Shown here piece by piece: positions 37,161-49,570 of a DNA stretch of 64,000 nt; the first letter of the stretch is position 1, and every line of letters starts with the position of its first letter. Location: NCBI GenBank assembly GCA_009914755.4, contig CP086569.2, positions 22,592,001-22,656,000 of the forward strand, read 5' to 3'. The notes below the pieces were generated by a model. It saw only the letters and a list, made by a program, of their open reading frames with translations. It had not been told where the DNA came from and did not search any database. The position numbers were made by a program, and so were the translations under genes. The DNA is from the human T2T-CHM13v2.0 reference genome, Homo sapiens.

Positions 37161-40100
37161 TCCTAACCCTAAACCTAACTGTAACAATAACCTTAACCCA
37201 ACCCCTACCCCTAAACCTAACCCAAAAACCCTAAATCTAACAGCAAGCCTAAACTCCAACCTCAACCCCAACATCAACACTATGCCTAAATTTACTTAAT
37301 GCCTAACCCCTCAAACAAACCAAAAACCAAAACCCAACCCCAACCCTAAATCCTAATGCTAACCCCTGAACCTGACCCTGACCCTGATAATAACCATAAC
37401 CCAGCAGCAACCCAATCACACCATGAACTGAACCCAAAACGCAACCATAAACCCAAAACCCTAACCCCAAAAAACTAACCCTAACCATAAAACAATAACT
37501 AACCCATCTCTACCAATACTCCCTTAAAACCTAATACTAGCACTAAAATCCTACCCCTAACACTAACCATAACCCCTAACACCTAATTCTAACCCTAGCC
37601 ACTAAACCTGAATCCTGAACCTGACTCTAACCTAAGACTGACACTAACCTATAATGCTAACCCTAACTCCCTAATTCTAGCCCTAATCATTACCCTAAAC
37701 CTACACTTACACCAACCTCAACCCCAAAGCCAAACATAACCCTGTTACCTAAACCCAATCCATAACATTAGCACTAATCCTTAGACCAACCCTAAACCTA
37801 AACCTAAAACTAACCCCTAGCCCTGAGCCGAACCACTAACAATGACTTTGACCCTAATGTGTTACCCAAATATCTACCCTAACGATAAACCTAACACTAA
37901 CCCTAACCAATAATCCTAACCCTAACTGTAATCATATTGAACATAACCTTAACCCCTTAACCTAAATCTAAACACTAACAATAACCAAAATCGTAAAGCC
38001 TAACCCCACAACCATCCTATCTCTAACAATAACCTTATACAATAATTCTAAACTTAACCCTAATCCTAACCCCAGGCTCTCACCATAAACCAAGACCCAG
38101 AACCCCAAACTCAATAAAAGCCCAAACACTAACAATAAGCCCAAACCCTAACACTAAACCCTGAGACTAATCCTAACTCCTAGAACTAACCCTAATCTTA
38201 AACCCTAACCAAAACCATCTAACCCTAACAATAACCCTAAACCTACAACTTACCATAATCGATAACCTAATCCTAACCCTTACCCTAAATACTAATCCTA
38301 ATGCCTAACCCTAATCCTAACCTTGAAACCCTAACCCCAAACAAAGCCATAATCCTTAAATGAAACTCTAACTATAAAACCCTAAAACACTAAACATAAC
38401 CCTGACCCCAACACATAAGCCTAACAGTAACCTTAACCGTAATTGCAAAACCATAAAAACTGAACCCTAACACTAAAACTAAACTAAGTCTAAACCTAAC
38501 CATAAAATAAAACCTAAGGCATGACCCAAATCCTAAAGCCTGAAAACTAACCATAACCCTAACCCTAAAACATAAAGGCTAACCATAACTCTTAACCCTC
38601 ATCCTAACCACCAAATCCAACCCTAGCCCCTAACACTAATCCTATCACAAATGCTAATCCCTAACACTAATCCTAAACTCTAATGCTCATCATGAATCAT
38701 AACTCTAATCTGTAACCTAAATTTCAACCTTAAATCCTAACCCTAAGCCTACACCTTAACCCAACACTAACTGTAACCCCTATCCTTAATCCAAACCTAA
38801 CACTAACCCTAAATTTTAACCCTGACAGTAAGCCTAAAACTAACCCTAATCCCAAACATAACCCTTACCCCAATGCTAACCCTGATACCCTAACTTTAAC
38901 CCTACACCTACACCAACACCAATCCCAATCATAAACCTAAACCATACCCTCCCTTAAACACAGGACAAACCCTAACCCCTAACCCTAATATTAAAAATTA
39001 AACCCAAGTTTTACCCCAGCCCCAACACTAGCCCAAATCTTAACCCATAACCACAACCCTAACAATAGCCAAACAAAAACAAAAAGCCCAAAACCAACCA
39101 AAACACTAATACTAAACCCCAACCCTAACCCTAACCCCTGATCCAAACCCTAAACCCTAATACTAAACCAAACACGTAACCACAACGCTAAAACTGAACC
39201 TAAGGTTTATCCTAAACATAAGAATTATTCTGAATCCTAAACCTAAGATTAACCCTAAGACAATAACCCAAAACCTAACTCTAATGCCTAAACCTAACTT
39301 TAATTCTAACTGTAAAATACAAAATCTGAAAACACTAAAAATAACTTTAACTGCATCCCCTAATGCTTACACTAATAATAACCAAAAACCCCTAATCTTA
39401 ACACTAATACTAACATAATCCTAACATAATCTTAACCCTAGCAATAAAACCAAACCATAACTCTTGCACAGAACATTAAACCAAAACTGTAATATTTACC
39501 CTAACCCCTAAGCCAACCCCTACCCCTAAACCTAGACCAAAACCCTAATCCAAACTAACCCTAAACCATAAACCTAACCTTAATCTTTGCCCCAACCCTA
39601 GAAATACCTTAATGCTAACCCTAACTGTAAATGCTAATCGCTAACCCTAACACTTAACTGACCCCTAAACCATAAACCCTAACCCTACTCCTAAACTCTA
39701 AACCCAACCCTAATATAATGCTAACCATGACAACTAACCCTAACCCTATCCCAGCCCTAACAGTCATGCCAGCCCTAAATCCAAAACCTTAACCATATTC
39801 CTAACAGTAAAACTTACAACTAACCATAACCATAAACATAAATGCTAAATGCTAACCCTAACACTAAGCTTAAACCCCAATCCTCAGCTCCGAACCTGAA
39901 CCTAAATGTAACCCTAAACAGTAATCCTAATGGTAAATTCTAACCCTAAACCTTAACCAAACACTAACCCTAACACAATCCCTTTAACACTTACCCTCAA
40001 CATAAAGCTTAACACTAACCCTAATCCAGGCCATGACCCTAATGCCTAACACCCTTCTGTATGCCTACCTTTTTACCTTAACCCTAAGCATAACCCAATC

Positions 40101-40245
40101 CCAAACCTAACTTCTAACACTGATTCTAACACCTAACTCTAATCCTTAACCCTGATCCTAACTCTAACTCTAAAGCTAATCCTACCACAGTAGTAACCCC
40201 TATCCCAACCCCAGCCCTACCAGAGAATCTAATCCTAAACTTTGT
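37161..40245. repeat. large (~3.1 kb) highly degenerate interstitial telomere-like array, (CCCTAA)n-like on + strand (TTAGGG-type G-strand on the minus strand)
   Basis: Continuous run of 6-mer variants CCCTAA / CCTAAC / CCTAAA / CCTGAA / CTCTAA etc., with no unit other than ~6 bp. No protein-like content: ORFs 37003-37299 and 37303-37488 are repeat translations. Confidence 0.9.
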
Positions 40246-40276
40246 TCTGCAATTGTAAACCCGTATCCCTATTTCC

Positions 40277-40290
40277 CAAAATCTTCTTCT

Positions 40291-40322
<32 letters not shown>

Positions 40323-40392
40323 TTCTTCTTCTTCTTCTTCTTCTTCTTCTTCTTCTTCTTCTTCCTCTTCCTCTTCCTCTTCCTCTTCTTCT
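40277..40392. repeat. (CTT)n / (GAA)n trinucleotide tract, ~38 units with CTC interruptions, contiguous with the poly(T) (=poly-A tail) of the following Alu
   Basis: cttcttcttcttcttcctcttcttcttc...cttcctcttcctcttcctcttcctcttcttctc. Confidence 0.9.
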
Positions 40393-40682
40393 CTTTTTTT
40401 TGAGATGGAGTCTCCCTCTGTTGCCAGGTTGGAGTGCTGTGGCATGACCTCAGCTTATTGCAACCTCTGCTTCTTGGGTTCAAATGATTATCCTGCCTCA
40501 GCCTCCTGAGTAGCTGGGAATACAGGCACGTGTCATCAACCCCAGCTAATTGTTTTCTTGTATTTTGAGTAGAGACGGGTTTCACCATGTTTGCCAAAAT
40601 TGTTTTGATCTCTTGACCTCGTGAACTGCCCACCTTGGCCTTCCAAAGTGCTGGGATTACGGACATGAGCCACTGAGCCCAA
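40393..40682 (-). mobile_element. Alu SINE (reverse orientation)
   Basis: TTTTTTTTGAGATGGAGTCTCCCTCTGTTGCCAGGTTGGAGTGCTGTGGCATGACCTCAGC ... GGGATTACGGACATGAGCCACTGAGCCCAA. Confidence 0.9.
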
Positions 40683-41492
40683 CTTAATCCCCAAATTCTA
40701 TCCTATCCTTAATATTTCCCCATCGTGCTTCAGAAAATATTAAATACCTCCTCTATGACTCAAACCTCTGACCCGTAATACCCATGATATTACACCAAAC
40801 CATATATTTTCTAACCCCAATTGTGTATTGAATTAAATATATGGTATCAGTAGGATAAAAAACTAAATGTTATTAAATTTGATAATTATAGGCATCATAA
40901 TATTTAATCAAATAATAGTACATGGAATTTGGTACATAGTGAAAAACATTATACACCACAATTATTAAGTTCTTTTTTCAGCCAATCAAGGGTTTCTCAC
41001 CATTCTAAACCCATCCCTTTCGATATACTATGTAAAGTAACTGACGGAAAAACATCACATTTGTCTCAACTGTTACAGAAAGTACATAAAGATAGTCAAA
41101 ATATTTTAATGATAACAAAATCCGATAAACAGTGTTCCAAATTTTTTCACATAATAAAACGTCTTTATGCAAAACCCATAACAATCATCATCTAAATTGT
41201 TGGGAAGCAAAGCTTTTAGATGAGGAACAGCACTAATGCTCACTTACATCACTGCATTCAATACTGTACTAGACATTCCACTAGAACAATTTGAAAAGAA
41301 AAATATATACAAAACCACTCATATGCGTAAAAAAGAAGTAAAACTACTCACAGATCTCATACACAGAAAACCAGGAGGAACCAACAAGAAATTATAAAAT
41401 CTAGTGAACAAATTAAGCAAGCAAACAAAACAAAATATCAACACAAAAAATCTTTCTCTATACACTATAAATTAGCCACGTGAAAATGAAAT

Positions 41493-42002
41493 TTGGACAA
41501 TTTTATTTCTAAAAAAATAACAGGCCAGAATTTCTCCAACTGCCCTGGAACACACAGATGCAGGCAGCTGGGGGTGGGGGAAATCCTTCGAGTGGAGGCT
41601 GTGCTGCTACACTGGGACCTGCCTGCAGTGGCTGTGGGGCTAAACAGAAACCTTTCAAGCTCCTGGGAAATCAGAGTAAAATTACTTAAAACCATAATGG
41701 ATGAAGAAGAGAAAACCTACAGTGTTTGTGAAAGCTCTAATACCATGATGTCAAATGGATACCTTCTGAGTCCTGAATTTCTTGTAAAAATAAGAACAGC
41801 ACAAACATCAGCAACAATGAAACCCTTGTTGACTGGCCCAGATCATTTTGCTGAGAAAGGCACTATTGAGGTCAATTTGAGAGACAACCCTTCACAAGTG
41901 CTTCCAAAAGCATGCAAATATTTTACCTACATATTTCACTACACCTACAGTTCCACAGAGATTCCTAAATTCCCATTTCACCTGAAACTGCAGAACTGCT
42001 GA
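41493..42002 (+). other. unassigned 169-aa ORF (no recognisable family); AATAAA ~70 bp downstream
   Basis: Longest ORF in the window not explained by a recognised repeat; the N-terminal part runs through a G-rich stretch (gggggtggggg) and the C-terminal part is low complexity. I recognise no domain. Could be chance or a decayed retrocopy. Confidence 0.15.
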
Positions 42003-42574
42003 CAGCTGTGAACTTTCTAGATTCTATATAAATACAATGGATTGTATATAAATACAATAGATTGATATGACAAAATAAATTATAATCAACTGGTAACTCT
42101 TTTCAGTGTTTAAGACCTGTAGTTGAGTTTGTATTTTTTCATAGATAGTACATACCTTGTATGCAACGTAACTGTAAAAGTAATCACAAAGAAGATTGCC
42201 TTCTGTTTTTTGCATAATAGAGTTTAAATTTGTTTACAATGTCAGCAATTTAAGGAGATTTTCACAAACTGAGAAATAAACAAATATCCCAATTCATAGG
42301 TCGTTTTGCCTTATCCATTGGATATGGCTTTTGAAATCAACAATGATGACATAAAAATGCTGAAAATTAGAAATAAATGAACCTGTTCTACAATTAAATA
42401 ATGGGGCTAGGTGTTTTGATATTTTTAGTGTTTTTTTAAATAACAATATTTTGATTTTGTACGTGCCCATAGCATTGCTGGAGTTATGCAAATAATTACA
42501 TTATAAGTATGTGTATCACTTAGCAAAAAAATTGTTTTTTTTAACTGACCCTAACTTAATAAACGTTTTATCAA

Positions 42575-42838
42575 TGTCTATAATCCCAGAATTTTGGGAG
42601 TTCAAGGTTGGCAGATGAATTGAGCTCAGGCATTTAAATGAGCCCAGCCAACAGGGTACATCTTTTTCTCTACAAAAGATAAAAATGGGCCAGGTCGGTG
42701 GCTGAGGCTAAAGCAGAAGGATCAATTGAGCCCAGGAGTAAGAGTCTGCAGTGAGCCATGATGGCACCACTGCATCCAGCCTGGGGAACAGAGTGAGACC
42801 CTGTCTCAAAAAACAAACAAACAACCACAGAAACAAAC
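42575..42838 (+). mobile_element. old Alu (AluJ-like), diverged
   Basis: ...CTATAATCCCAGAATTTTGGGAG...GGGCCAGGTCGGTGGCTGAGGCTAAAGCAGAAGGATCAATTGAGCCCAGGAGTAAGAGTCTGCAGTGAGCCATGATGGCACCACTGCATCCAGCCTGGGGAACAGAGTGAGACCCTGTCTCAAAAAACAAACAAAC. Confidence 0.75.
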
Positions 42839-43127
42839 AGTATAAGAGTTAAAATTTCTTACGTCCCTGGAAAAACTTCAGTATTGTTTAAATGTGTCTT
42901 GTCTTGTCATTATTTTTATTGCTACAATTTAAGAACTTTAAAGACAATTTGGGAAGCTTACCAGGTACGAATTTTGGAGAAGCACTTGAACTTTACCCAG
43001 ATGGTCCAGAAGTCAACTATACAACTTAGAGCTCTTGTGCATTATGACTTTTGGGCAATTCAAAGTACTATGTTTTCACTGATTATAAAGCAAACATCCT
43101 TTTCATCTTTCAAAACAGTAAAAATAT

Positions 43128-43298
43128 GGGTTGGGTGTGGTGATTTACACCTGTAATTCCAGTACTTTGGGAGGCCAACGTGGGAGGACCACCTGAGCCA
43201 AAGTGTTCAATGATGCAGTGAGCAATGATCACATTATCACACTCTCGCCTGGGCAACAGAGTAAGACTCTGTCTCAAAAAATAAAACAAAAAAATCAA
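43128..43298 (+). mobile_element. Alu fragment with internal deletion
   Basis: GGGTTGGGTGTGGTGATTTACACCTGTAATTCCAGTACTTTGGGAGGCCAACGTGGGAGGACCACCTGAGCC...CTCGCCTGGGCAACAGAGTAAGACTCTGTCTCAAAAAATAAAAC. Confidence 0.7.
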
Positions 43299-45296
43299 CA
43301 GTAATAATGTTTTAAGAATAAATTTAACCAAGGTGCAAGACTTAGACATGGAAAGTTACAAAATATTGCTGAAATAAATTCCAGAATCCCTGAATAAATG
43401 TGAAGACATTCCATGTTTCTGGATTAGAAGATATTTTTTAACATGACAGTAGTACACAAACCAATCTAGAAATTCATTGTGATTTCTATGAAAACACCAA
43501 AGTTATTTTGACAGGAATGGGCAAGCCAATCCTAACATTCATATAAATTTCAAGTGACTCTGAATAGCCAAAATAATCTTGAAAACAAAAACCAACTTGG
43601 AGTCTCACATTTTTCAATTTCAAATATTACTGAAAAGCAACAGTAATCAAAACAGTGTAATATTGGCATAAGGACACACATAGAGATCAATGAAACTGAA
43701 TGTCAAGCCCAACCATACCTCTATGGTCAATTGATTTTGTCATGTAGCCAAGACCATAAAATTCAACAAGTGCTGTTAGACAACAAGCTAACCACATTGA
43801 GAGAAAAAAAAATTGTGTCCTTTCCTCATAAGTCAATGGTTCAAAAGCCTACATATTAAAGATAAAAACATAAACTCTAGAAGAAAACCTAGGGATACTT
43901 CTTCATAACCTAGGATTTGGAAGTGGTTTCTTAGATCTGATACAAAAATCTTAGATCTGATACAGCCAACTAAAGAAATAATTTCCTCAAAATTAAACAT
44001 TTTTTGCATTGAAAGATACTATCAAGAACGTGAAAAGACATGCCACACAAAGGAAGATTTGCACGTTGTAGATGTAAGAAGTCTGTTATCCACAACATAT
44101 GAAGACTTGTATAACTCAAGAAAAAAAAAAAGACAATAGAAATACAAAATGGAGAAATAGTTGAACACAAACTTCACCAAAAATAAATACAAGAGAAAAC
44201 AACTACATAAAAAGATGAACAGTAAAATATATAAGTTTTACACCATGAAGTGTTTCATATGTTAGCTTTTCGCATAGTCATGGGATTCTGTGTTGTAAAA
44301 TTAGTCCTTTCCAGCTCCACCTGAGGGTAAGTCAATGTAATAGTATGGCTGGGTAGCAGGTTTCCTTGGATGAGAAAAGAAAATACCTGACAGGAAAACA
44401 TATTCTGACATGAAGATTTTTCTGCTTAACTTGAGTTTCCAATAAAGGTAACAGTTTGTCCCTCAGTCTCCATGGGTCAAGAATTTGCCATCCAGTGGGA
44501 AGTAAAAGAGAGAAGCTTAAGTTCATGGGGTACATGGATACACAACTGTCCCAAGTCCTGTACCAGAGCTGTGACATACTTACATTCCTTCTCAGAATTT
44601 CAATATATAAATAATAATAATTCATTTGCTGAAATATCTAGGCTTACTTTATTACTTTATACAGTTAAGGATGTTTAGAAATATTTATATAGATTATCCT
44701 GATGTGGGCTAGGACTTTTTGTCAGTTAACTGTATTGATGGACTACATAGAATGTAAGTATTTAAACCTAAAATATCTTGTAAATAGTAACACACAGTTA
44801 GAATATATAGCAAGGTAACAGTCTCTCCAATAAATTATTATGTTATTTCAATAATCAGTTGTGTCATTTGTCTTCAGCACTGAGCCTTTTTTTTTACTCA
44901 TTATCCCAACCATGGGCTTTTTTAATTTACTATTACTTTCTTGATTTATAAATTGAGAGTGATCTCATCAACAGTCTAACAAATAACAAATCATTTATCT
45001 TTAGAAACATCACATTATTAACTTTTCTACTCTTAGATAGCACAACTGATATGACTTTAAGGATTCAGTTGGACAAACCCTTAGAAAATTAGATAAATTA
45101 GGTAAGGGTGGGCACTGGGTGAATGGATTGCGAATGCACATAAAATCCCTAAGACACCCAGGAACCCCAAAAGTGGGAGCAGACGAGGCTGCAAGCAGTT
45201 GAGCACACTAAATGGGAGAGGGCAACAGGAAGGACCACTTGGGGTTGGCAGCCATGTTGAGTTCTATGGTCCTTGTTGTAAGCTCAGTGGGAAACT

Positions 45297-45960
45297 GTGT
45301 CTAGAATTGGTTCCTTCCAGTGGGTCCTTGGTCTCACTGACTTCAAGAATGAAGCCATGGACCCTCACAGTGCATGTTACAGTTCATGAAGATGATATAT
45401 CTGGAGTTTGTCCCTTCAGATGTTCAGATGTGTGTGGAGTTTCTTCCTTCCTGTGGGTTCATGGTCTTACTCTCTTCAAGAGTGAAGGCACAGACCTTCA
45501 CATTGAGTGTTACAGCCCTTTACGGTGGCATGTCCAGAGGTGCTTATTTTTTCCAGTGGGTTTGTGGTCTCACTGTCTTCAGGAATGAAGCCGCAGACCA
45601 TCTCAGTGAGTGTTACAACTCTTAAAGTTAGTGTGGAACCAAAGAGTGAGCAGCAGCGAGATTTATTATGAAGAGTAAAAGAACAAAGCTTCCACAGCAT
45701 GGAAGTGGACCTGAGTGGGTTGCCACTATTGGCTGGGGTGGCCAGCTTTTATTCCCTTATTTGTCCCCACCCACATCCTGCTGATTGGTCCATTTTATGG
45801 AGTGCTGATTGGTGTGTTTACAAACGTTTAGCTAGACACAAAGTGCTGATTGGTGTGTTTCTACAGAGTGCTTATTTGTGCATTTATAATCCTTTAGCTA
45901 GACAGAAAAGTTCTCCAAGTCCCCAATCAAACCAGGAAGTCCAGCTGGCTTCACTTCTCA
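45297..45960 (-). repeat. 3' LTR (LTR12-family) of the HERV-9-type provirus
   Basis: ctgattggtgtgtttacaaacgtttagctagacacaaagtgctgattggtg... units; boundary ...cttcacttctca|atcccccctctaaaaagg (polypurine tract on element strand). Confidence 0.8.
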
Positions 45961-46899
45961 ATCCCCCCTCTAAAAAGGACACCCCAAATGCTGTTGGGAA
46001 TAGGGCAATGACTGCTCTAGCTACTTCCTGCTAGATAGGGGCAAAGAAGGGGCCCTGCATTTGTAATGTCCCACAGAGGGGAACCCTTTAGGACAGTAAA
46101 AGGACCAGTGGGCTGATCCAGGGGCCCGGGGTAGAAGTTGTTAGTTAAGCTCATTTTCAGTTCTAGTTGTAAGATCATCTGTAGATTGACGGCCCCAATC
46201 CTAGAGGAAACAAATTTGACAAGGAAGTTAAAAATACAGGGCCCGAAGGCAACTAATATCAAGATGGCTGTCATAGGACCTAGAAAGGGTAGAAGTCATG
46301 TTGCCCAACTCCAGAGGTTGGTATAAGAGTCTGAAATCTGTTGTATGATTTCAGAAGCCTTTTCTTGTAAATGCCGGTCATCGTCTCATACTATCCCTGG
46401 CTGGTTAGTGTAAGAACAACTCTCTTCCCCTAAGAAGGTGCAGAGTCCTCCTTTCTCAGCAGTGAGGAGGTCTAGGCCTTGGTGGCTTTGGAGAGTCACA
46501 GCTGACACAGAGTCTATTTGGGACTGTAGAGTAAGGACAGATTTTGTTATTTCTTGCAAACTGTCTGAGAGGCAGATATAGGTTGAAGATCCACATAAGA
46601 AGAATATGCCTTGGCTGGGTAGACAGAAAATTACCCTGGCTTTTAAAAGAATAGGGTACTCTGTTTTTTCTTTACTACTTCCATCTCTCTTTCTTTCTCT
46701 TTGACTTCTTATTTGTTTCTCTCTCTCTTTCTGAGTCCCTCTTTGTCTCTTCCTCCCTGACTTTCTCTCTCTCTCTTTCTGTCTCTGACTCCCTCTTTTT
46801 CTGTCACTTCCTCTCTCTCTCTCTCTCTGTCACTTTCTGTCTCTTTCTCTCTTTCCTTTCTGCTGGTCTTTCCCTGCCTCTGCTAGCCAATTATGCTAC

Positions 46900-48700
46900 T
46901 GCTCTCCACTCCCCTTCCCATTTTGATGGCTTCGGCAGTGTAAGACTCCCACCTCCTTGGGTTTTTGCACTGCATGCAATAACTCCATAATTTCCTTGTG
47001 TATTTAATGGGGGTTCACTCAGAGGTTAGGAACTCCCTTTCTTTCCATATTGCAGCATGGGCATGTAGGATTAGATAAGCATACTTTCTATCTGTATGCA
47101 CATTTATTCTTTTTCCCTTTCCCAGTTCTAAGCCTCAGGTAAGTGCTGCTAGCTCTGCTAAATGGGTTCTGGTCCCTGGAGGAAGATGCTTACTTTCTAG
47201 TATGGTTACATTACTAATTATGGAGAAACTTACCTTTTTTATTCCATTCTCCACAAATGAACTTCCATTGGTATATAAGTTAAGGTCAGGATTAGCTAAG
47301 GATACTTCTAAGATATCATCTTGGGCAGCATAAGTCTGGACTATAATCTGTTGGCAGTAATGCTCAATTGTTTCCCCATCCTCTCGGAGAAAAGTGGCAG
47401 GGTTTAGGGCCAAAACATGCATATTTGAAGCACCAGCCCCTCAAGGAGTAGCACCTGGCATCTCAGCAGGTGATTGTCTGGTAACCATAAACTTCCTTTG
47501 ACACCTAGTCTGCCATTTACGTCATGAGTAGTCCAGACAGTGAGATCCTTTCCTTGTATTATTTTGATAGCCTCTGACACTAAGACAGTCACCACCACAA
47601 CCAAATGTAAACAGTGAGGCCAGCCTTTTGCTACTACATCAATTTCCTTACTTAGGTTTGCCACTGGTTTTGAGGTTCTCCCATGAGTCTGAGTAAGGAC
47701 TCCAAGAGCTATCCCTGCTCTCTCTGTGATGTACAAAGAGAAGTTTTTTCCTGTGGGAAGTTTTAAATCTGGAGCTTGTACTAGGGTCTGCTTTAAGGGT
47801 TTGAAGGCCCTTTCTGCCCCAGGTCCCATTCTACTAGATGAGTATTTGCTTTCTGGGTCTCCTTGATTAGAGTATACAATGGTCTGGGCATCTTGCTGTA
47901 TCCAGAGATCCATTGTTGGAAAAAGCCGGTGGTTCCAAGGAACCCCCACAGCTGTTTTAATGTCTTAGGGTGAGGATAAGCCAGCATAGGCTGTATTCAT
48001 TCCTGGCTGAGGGCCCTGGTCCCTCTGGCTAGGATTAAACCTAGATATTTGACCTGGTCGAAAAGAGGTCTTGTACCCCTGAGTAGCTTGAAAGTTCAAG
48101 AGATCTAGAGTAGCCTAGTGGCATGAGGCTTCCAGCCTGGTAGTCAAACGTAAATCATCCACATACTGAAGGACCAGATTGCCTGGACTTGAGAAGTGGC
48201 CCAGATCTTGGGCCAGTGCCCAGTGAAACAGGTGAGGGCTGTCCCTAAACTCTTGGGGCAAGACCGTCCACGTAAGTTGGGATGTGTGGTCTGTGGGATC
48301 CTCAAAGGCAAAGGGAAACTGGGAGTCAGAGTGTAGGGGAATACAGAAGAAGGCATCTCTGAGGTCCAGAACAGTGAACAATTCTGCTTCCTCTGGTATT
48401 TAAGAGAGCAGGTTATAGGGGTTTGTTACAACTGGATATACAGGAATTACTGCTTCATTGATGAGTCTATGATCTTGCACTAGACTCCACTGATGGTTCT
48501 GTTTTTGTACTTCTAGAATTGGGCTGTTGGAGGGACTGCTGCATTGCCTTACTAAGCCTTGAGCTTTTAAGTGTTTAACAATATCCTGTAATCCTTTATG
48601 AGTTTGAGACCTTAAGGGATATTGCCTTTGATAAGGAAAAGAGGTGGGGTCTTTTAGCCTCATTTGGATGGGGCAGGCATTTTTTCCCTTCCAAATTGTC
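46900..48700 (-). pseudogene. pol: gammaretrovirus-like pol (RT + RNase H), stop/frameshift-interrupted; integrase/env largely deleted
   Basis: Minus-strand ORFs: 48400-48663 ...QGLVRQCSSPSNSPILEVQKQNH.WSLVQDHRLINEAVIPVYPVVTNPYNLLS (MLV [54 protein letters not shown]); 48115-48381 FTVLDLRDAFFCIPLH...LTWTVLPQEFRDSPHLF...LQYVDDL (YTVLDLKDAFFCLRLH...LTWTRLPQGFKNSPTLF...LLQYVDDLLL); 47135-47422 RNase H ...TNGSSFVENG...THLAELAALT (TDGSS...SAQRAELIALT). Confidence 0.85.
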
Positions 48701-49451
48701 CTTCCAATACCCAGATTTCAGGGTTGATTCCCTTCTCAAATAGGGGACAACAAATGGATAACTTGTTCCCCATATTCATATAGATAATGGCTCAAGCTTT
48801 GGCTAATATATCTCTCCCTAATAAGGGTGTGGGACTTTCAGGCATAACAAGAGAGTCATGTGAAAAGAATAAAGTCTCCCAATTACAACTGAGGAGGTGG
48901 GAGAAATACCTGGTTACAGGCTGTCCCAGGATTCCTTGGATGGTAACAGACCTTGAGGACAGTCATCTCTGACAGGAGGTTAACACTGAGAAGGCTGCAC
49001 CAGTGTCTAGGAGGAAGTCAATTTCCTGGCCCTTAATGGTTAAATGTAGCTGGGGCTCAGTGAGGGAGATGACATGAGCTGGTGCTTGCCTGAGGCAACC
49101 TCAGTCCTGTTGTTGGTTCATCTGGTTGTGGGCTCCTGGGCCAGAGAACCTTTGCCCTCTGAGGCAGTGGGCCTTTCAGTGATTGCCTCAGCATTGTGCA
49201 TATGGATGAGGGGGTGGCTTTTTTCTCATTGGACAATCTTTTTTAAAATATCCTTATAAACCACACTTGTAAAACGCCCTATCAGGTGATTGGCCTGCTC
49301 CGTTTTCTGTCCTCTCTGAACCACCAAGATTTCTTTGTCTGAGGCCATGACTAAGGTTGTGGCCTTTCTCTGATCTCTCTTTTCCTTTTGGGCCTGTTCC
49401 TCTCAGTCCCTATTGTACAATACCGAGGTTGCCAGGTTTAATAATGCCTCC

Positions 49452-49570
49452 AGATGGCAGAGCTTGCAGTGAGCTGAGATGGTGACACTGCACTCCAGCC
49501 TGGGCAACAAGAGAAAAACTTTGTCTCAAAATAATAATAATAATAATAATAATAACAATAATAATAACAA
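49452..49570 (+). mobile_element. 5'-truncated Alu 3' fragment with (AAT)n tail, inserted inside the HERV-9 provirus; ~16-bp target-site duplication
   Basis: GGCAGAGCTTGCAGTGAGCTGAGATGGTGACACTGCACTCCAGCCTGGGCAACAAGAGAAAAACTTTGTCTCAAAATAATAATAATAAT...; flanks taataatgcctccagat ... aataatgcctccagat. Confidence 0.7.

Noticed and set aside
37003-37488. ORFs 37003-37299 (+) and 37303-37488 (-) rich in P/N/K/T/L
   Set aside because: Translations of the degenerate CCCTAA array (PNP/LTL repeats); not coding.
37161-40245. Head-to-head telomere-telomere fusion like human 2q13
   Set aside because: Only the CCCTAA orientation is present across the whole array; there is no switch to TTAGGG on the + strand.
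40235-40666. 143-aa ORF on the minus strand with a long poly-lysine/arginine run
   Set aside because: This is translation of (GAA)n (KKKKK/RKRK) plus the Alu body; it is a pure repeat artefact.
45199-45625. 129-aa and 83-aa + strand ORFs
   Set aside because: They lie inside the LTR12 3' LTR, within its tandem gtgagtgttacag... units; LTRs are non-coding.
47404-48663. Long minus-strand ORFs (181, 88, 87, 95 aa) as host genes
   Set aside because: They align to gammaretroviral RT/RNase H and sit between two LTR12 LTRs; they are provirus pol remnants, not cellular genes.
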